A DNA stretch of 64,000 bases from Spirochaetia bacterium (lineage in GTDB: Bacteria > Spirochaetota > Spirochaetia > UBA9216), in NCBI GenBank assembly GCA_963675665.1, contig OY776510.1, forward strand, positions 3,840,001-3,904,000, given 5' to 3'. The position numbers were made by a program, and so were the translations under genes. Every line of letters starts with the position of its first letter. Position 1 is the first letter of the stretch. Below are positions 60,507-64,000 of this stretch, piece by piece. Under the pieces are notes generated by a model that made no database searches, was not told where the DNA came from, and saw nothing but the letters and a program-made list of their open reading frames with translations.

Positions 60507-61994
60507 TTATTGAATAAGTAATCCCTGAGCAGAATAATGGTTTCCGTTTATGTCGACCACATTTACTTCAAGCATATCATCTGAAAACCTGTAAATATAT
60601 TTTGCGGCCCATCCAAGCGTGGGGATAACCGTATTCCAGATAATTGTATTATTATCAAAGAACGCCTTTGCAGCTATGAGTAAATTACGTTCATTTTTAT
60701 TTATATAATAATTTCCCATTAATCCCGGTTTCAGAATAGTCGGTATATTTTCACTATTATAAACGGTTAGAAATATCTCATTTTTTTGAGAATCAATTTC
60801 AAATTTTAATTTAACAGTATTAAAAACTCTTTGCTCATATTGAAATTCTTTGCCGCTGTAATATTTTAACCATTCAGGAAGCTGCTGAACAAATTCATCT
60901 GAATATTCCTCCCCTGAAGGGCTCTCGATTTGATTTTGTACAAAAACAAGTTCCTCCATGAGCTCTAATGATTCGCCTTGTTCAATTGAGGAGTCTGAAA
61001 ATTGACTGATTATTATATACTTCCCCCGTTTTATCAAATTAATTGTTTTTTCAATCACAAAAAAATCAGGTCGATGGTCCTCTATTAAAATAAAACCGTA
61101 TTTGGCTCCCGGAAAGATTGGATGAAAATGAAAAAGAACGATATCCTTGTTCTCCAAAGCCAGAGGACGGCCCGCCGTAAGGTTTTCATTGGTACTCTCC
61201 GAAAAATAAGGATGATCTTCAGCGGCATAAACGAGATCGGTATATCGAATGTCTGAGAAGTTCATTGCCTGTGTATAAGTAAGATCTAAAGGGTGCCAAA
61301 CACCTTCTTCATCCATAAATTCAACCCATTCATGATGAAAATCATACTGGTCCTGATGCTCCTGATTCAACACAACGCCGGATATTGAGCGAGCGGGAAT
61401 TCCATTTGCCCGGCACAATGCGATAAATAATCTTGAGAAATTAATACAGACCCCTTTCCGCTGGAATAGCGTCTGCGATGCTGATATAGAAGCGGGAGCC
61501 CGGTGGAACTTCTGATCAAACTTTAGATGACCGATGACAAAGTCGCTGATAGCTCTAACATTCTCTTCGACAGTTTTTGTGCCGTCAAATATTTGATGGG
61601 CTTGTTCACGTATGGCGGAATCTTCCGAATCGATGAAACGGGAAGGAGTAATCCAGGCTGCAGCCGTTTCATTACCATGGCGGTATGTCGATACGTTTTC
61701 CTTCTGGAGGGTGTAGCGTACAGTCATAATAGAGTACTTACTGAGCTCATTACAGGAGATCCGGGCCCAATATCCCCCGTACCCATCATATATTTTTTCA
61801 TATGGCACAATACGATCATTTAATAATATTTCAATCCCATTTGTTTCCAGAGATGAGCGACCGATTGGTATTAACAATGATGTTCCCAGCGGTAACATCT
61901 GTATTGATTTATTAGTCTGACTATAAACTCCCGGTATGAAACATATAATCAACAATGAAAAAAATACAACGTTTAAAAAGAATCTCCGTTTCAA
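60507..61994 (-). CDS. Exported transglutaminase-like domain protein
   Basis: Signal peptide; GVCINFS...GIPAR...HEWVEF...LDLT Cys-His-Asp triad. Confidence 0.85.
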   Translation of the reverse strand: MKRRFFLNVVFFSLLIICFIPGVYSQTNKSIQMLPLGTSLLIPIGRSSLETNGIEILLNDRIVPYEKIYDGYGGYWARISCNELSKYSIMTVRYTLQKENVSTYRHGNETAAAWITPSRFIDSEDSAIREQAHQIFDGTKTVEENVRAISDFVIGHLKFDQKFHRAPASISASQTLFQRKGVCINFSRLFIALCRANGIPARSISGVVLNQEHQDQYDFHHEWVEFMDEEGVWHPLDLTYTQAMNFSDIRYTDLVYAAEDHPYFSESTNENLTAGRPLALENKDIVLFHFHPIFPGAKYGFILIEDHRPDFFVIEKTINLIKRGKYIIISQFSDSSIEQGESLELMEELVFVQNQIESPSGEEYSDEFVQQLPEWLKYYSGKEFQYEQRVFNTVKLKFEIDSQKNEIFLTVYNSENIPTILKPGLMGNYYINKNERNLLIAAKAFFDNNTIIWNTVIPTLGWAAKYIYRFSDDMLEVNVVDINGNHYSAQGLLIQ

Positions 61995-62061
61995 ATATTT
62001 TCTCCTGTTGTATATAATACCTTATAATCAGCAGTTTTATGTAAATTAATCTCCATTCCCG

Positions 62062-62148
62062 TCATGGACGGAGGGCGTATGCTGAGGCTGTATATTTGCT
62101 TGTTATGTCATTTTGAATATCAATTATTACCAGGGCTTTTTTCTGCAT
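62062..62148 (-). pseudogene. Truncated cysteine hydrolase/isochorismatase gene
   Basis: MQKKALVIIDIQNDIT (isochorismatase-family first strand 'ALxxIDxQND'), then unrelated sequence and a stop at codon 29. Confidence 0.7.
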
Positions 62149-62206
62149 AGTGTTTACTCTTTACTGGCAGATTTATATGTTTACTTTGATATTATACCAG
62201 CAATTA

Positions 62207-62235
62207 TTGACAACAGTATAGCAACATTTCATAAT
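62207..62235 (+). promoter_or_regulatory. sigma70 promoter of the WYL gene (near-leaderless)
   Basis: TTGACA-N17-CATAAT; ATG only 11 nt after the -10. Confidence 0.6.
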
Positions 62236-62246
62236 AAGGCGATCAG

Positions 62247-63179
62247 ATGAAAATTGACAGGCTTGTAAGCATAATTTTGATACTCCTTGATAAAAAGCGT
62301 ATAGGCGCACAGGAATTGGCGGACATGTTTGAAGTGTCACCCCGCACAATCTACCGTGATATAGACTCTATCAACATGGCGGGTATTCCCGTTCGGTCAA
62401 CAGCAGGCGTGGGCGGCGGCTTTGAAATCATGGAGAAATACAAGATTGACAAAAAGGTTTTTTCGGCTGCCGACCTTTCAGCAATCCTGATGGGGCTTTC
62501 CGGTCTTTCGAATATGATACGTGGTGATGAACTGGTAAACGCCCTTGCGAAAGTCAAGAGCTTTATCCCGGCCGACAGAGCGAATGACATCGAATTAAAA
62601 GTTAATCAAATACATATAGATTTAAGTCCGTGGATGAGCAACAGAAACATACAACCATATTTTGACATTATCAAAACAGCCTTACAGGAAAGCAGACTGC
62701 TTTCATTTGAATATACAGACCGCTACGGGAATAAAACCGCACGAACAGCAGAACCATATCAGCTCGTATTGAAAAGCAGTCATTGGTATTGGCAAGGGTA
62801 TTGCCGTAAAAGAAATGATTTTCGCTTATTCAAACTGTCCCGCACATTAAACCTGCAAATACAAGAGGAAATATTTACGCCGCGTGATTATCAAAAACCG
62901 CAGCTGGAGTTTTCCGACACCCTGGAAACCATGCAGACAAGAATTAAAATTCGTATTCATAAATCCGTCATGGACAGGGTACTTGATTATTGCGCTTACG
63001 AACACTTAACTCCGTACGGTGATGAGCACTACATTGTCAGTTTTCCTTTCATAGAGAACGACTACTACTACAATATTCTTTTCAGCTTCGGGGATAAATG
63101 CGAGTGCCTGGAACCGTTACATATCCGCACGGAAATGAAGCGCAGAATACATAATATGGCTGCCATATACGAAGGCTAA
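62247..63179 (+). CDS. YafY-family HTH-WYL transcriptional regulator
   Basis: MKIDRLVSI...FEVSPRTIYRDI; EPYQL...WYWQGYC...FRLFKLSR. Confidence 0.93.
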   Translation: MKIDRLVSIILILLDKKRIGAQELADMFEVSPRTIYRDIDSINMAGIPVRSTAGVGGGFEIMEKYKIDKKVFSAADLSAILMGLSGLSNMIRGDELVNALAKVKSFIPADRANDIELKVNQIHIDLSPWMSNRNIQPYFDIIKTALQESRLLSFEYTDRYGNKTARTAEPYQLVLKSSHWYWQGYCRKRNDFRLFKLSRTLNLQIQEEIFTPRDYQKPQLEFSDTLETMQTRIKIRIHKSVMDRVLDYCAYEHLTPYGDEHYIVSFPFIENDYYYNILFSFGDKCECLEPLHIRTEMKRRIHNMAAIYEG

Positions 63180-63327
63180 GAAAATCCGGGGACGGGATAT
63201 TTTTACAGCGGCCGTCAAAAAGTTCCGGCGATATCAGGGCTGACAAACAGACTTTTCATAGATCATCCATCTGAAAAACCTTGATGCATTTATTATAAAG
63301 GCATATCATATTTTCAGGGAGAATGTT

Positions 63328-64000
63328 ATGATAACAATAACCCTTCTTGTTTTAATCATGTTTATATTTTCAGTTCCGGAAATTGGTGCTGATGACGGCA
63401 GCTGGAATACCTCATTCTCAGTACAGGGCGGAAGCATCTACAGTGAGACTGATCATCCGGAAATAATCCTTGAAAAGGAACTGCTTGTATTTGACGGGAA
63501 AAAGACTGCCGCAATCTTTCAGTTCAGAAATACTTCTGCCCGCACAATTACGGTAGACTGCGGATTCCCGGTCAGACATGAAATAGATACAATAGATTAC
63601 GGCGACTATCTGGAAGTTCTTTCAGGGGGCTACGGCGGCGGTGTAATAAAAGCGCTTGAGTGGCTTGAAACGGAAGATATCATCGATCCTGAAGGAATTG
63701 AACCTCCCGGTACAGCCATATTACTGAATGACTACAATAACACCCGCGAGTTTATCGGGCCCGAAGATATATCGGCAGAAATCGATTTTTCAATATCACA
63801 GGACGGTAATCAGGTAAAAATCCGGAACCTGCTTCTGGAACGTCATGCTTCAAGACTCGTTGCTGCGGTGACCTACCATTTCCGCCATAACCTGGTTTTT
63901 CCTCCCGGTGCAGTTTCGACAGTCCGGGTTGATTATACTCAGGATCTTGTTTCCGGCGGCGACAACATGAGCAATTCATACCGTTGGGATTATGTAATCG
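63328..64000 (+). CDS. Exported DUF4424-like protein (3'-truncated by window edge; not in ORF track)
   Basis: GGGAG RBS; MITITLLVLIMFIFSVPEIGADDGSW...FQFRNTSARTITVDCGFP; frame appears open to the window end. Confidence 0.6.
   Translation, partial: MITITLLVLIMFIFSVPEIGADDGSWNTSFSVQGGSIYSETDHPEIILEKELLVFDGKKTAAIFQFRNTSARTITVDCGFPVRHEIDTIDYGDYLEVLSGGYGGGVIKALEWLETEDIIDPEGIEPPGTAILLNDYNNTREFIGPEDISAEIDFSISQDGNQVKIRNLLLERHASRLVAAVTYHFRHNLVFPPGAVSTVRVDYTQDLVSGGDNMSNSYRWDYVI

Noticed and set aside
1-64000. CRISPR arrays, tRNA/rRNA, IS elements, prophage or defence systems
   Set aside because: No regularly spaced repeats, cloverleafs, transposase/integrase or phage genes were recognised.

Overview
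The window looks like chromosome from a free-living spirochete (Spirochaetales). The evidence is tandem FlaB flagellins with the MIINHN start, a long spirochete-type FliD, fliD-hyp-tsaE-tsaB-HD-GYP synteny converging on flgN-flgK-flgL-fliW-csrA, and 'LFAxG' signal peptides. Left third: metallophosphoesterase/ParB-like pair, kbl-tdh, and the flagellar filament cluster with sigma28 promoters and CsrA-type GGA hairpins. Middle: modF-like ATPase, long-form ilvC with IlvY-like operators, a diguanylate cyclase, and an uncharacterised sugar/polyol catabolic operon (TIM-barrel protein, cupin, FGGY kinase, SDR, 6-gene ABC importer, DeoR/AgaR-like regulator), then corA. Most notable is a Moco-class riboswitch lacking P3 (the tungsten-cofactor, Tuco, variant). 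It precedes an operon encoding an AmmeMemoRadiSam-like radical SAM enzyme fused to a ~400-aa unknown domain, plus a BtuF/MolA-type ABC importer whose ATPase has a TOBE-like tail. This is a candidate W/Mo(-pterin) uptake and processing system. Right third: ytfQRT-yjfF-like sugar ABC and an AT-rich accessory region with gene remnants, a NiCo (czcD) riboswitch ahead of a CDF transporter, and a WYL regulator. No rRNA, tRNA, CRISPR or transposase was seen. All family calls come from motif recognition by eye; no searches were run.
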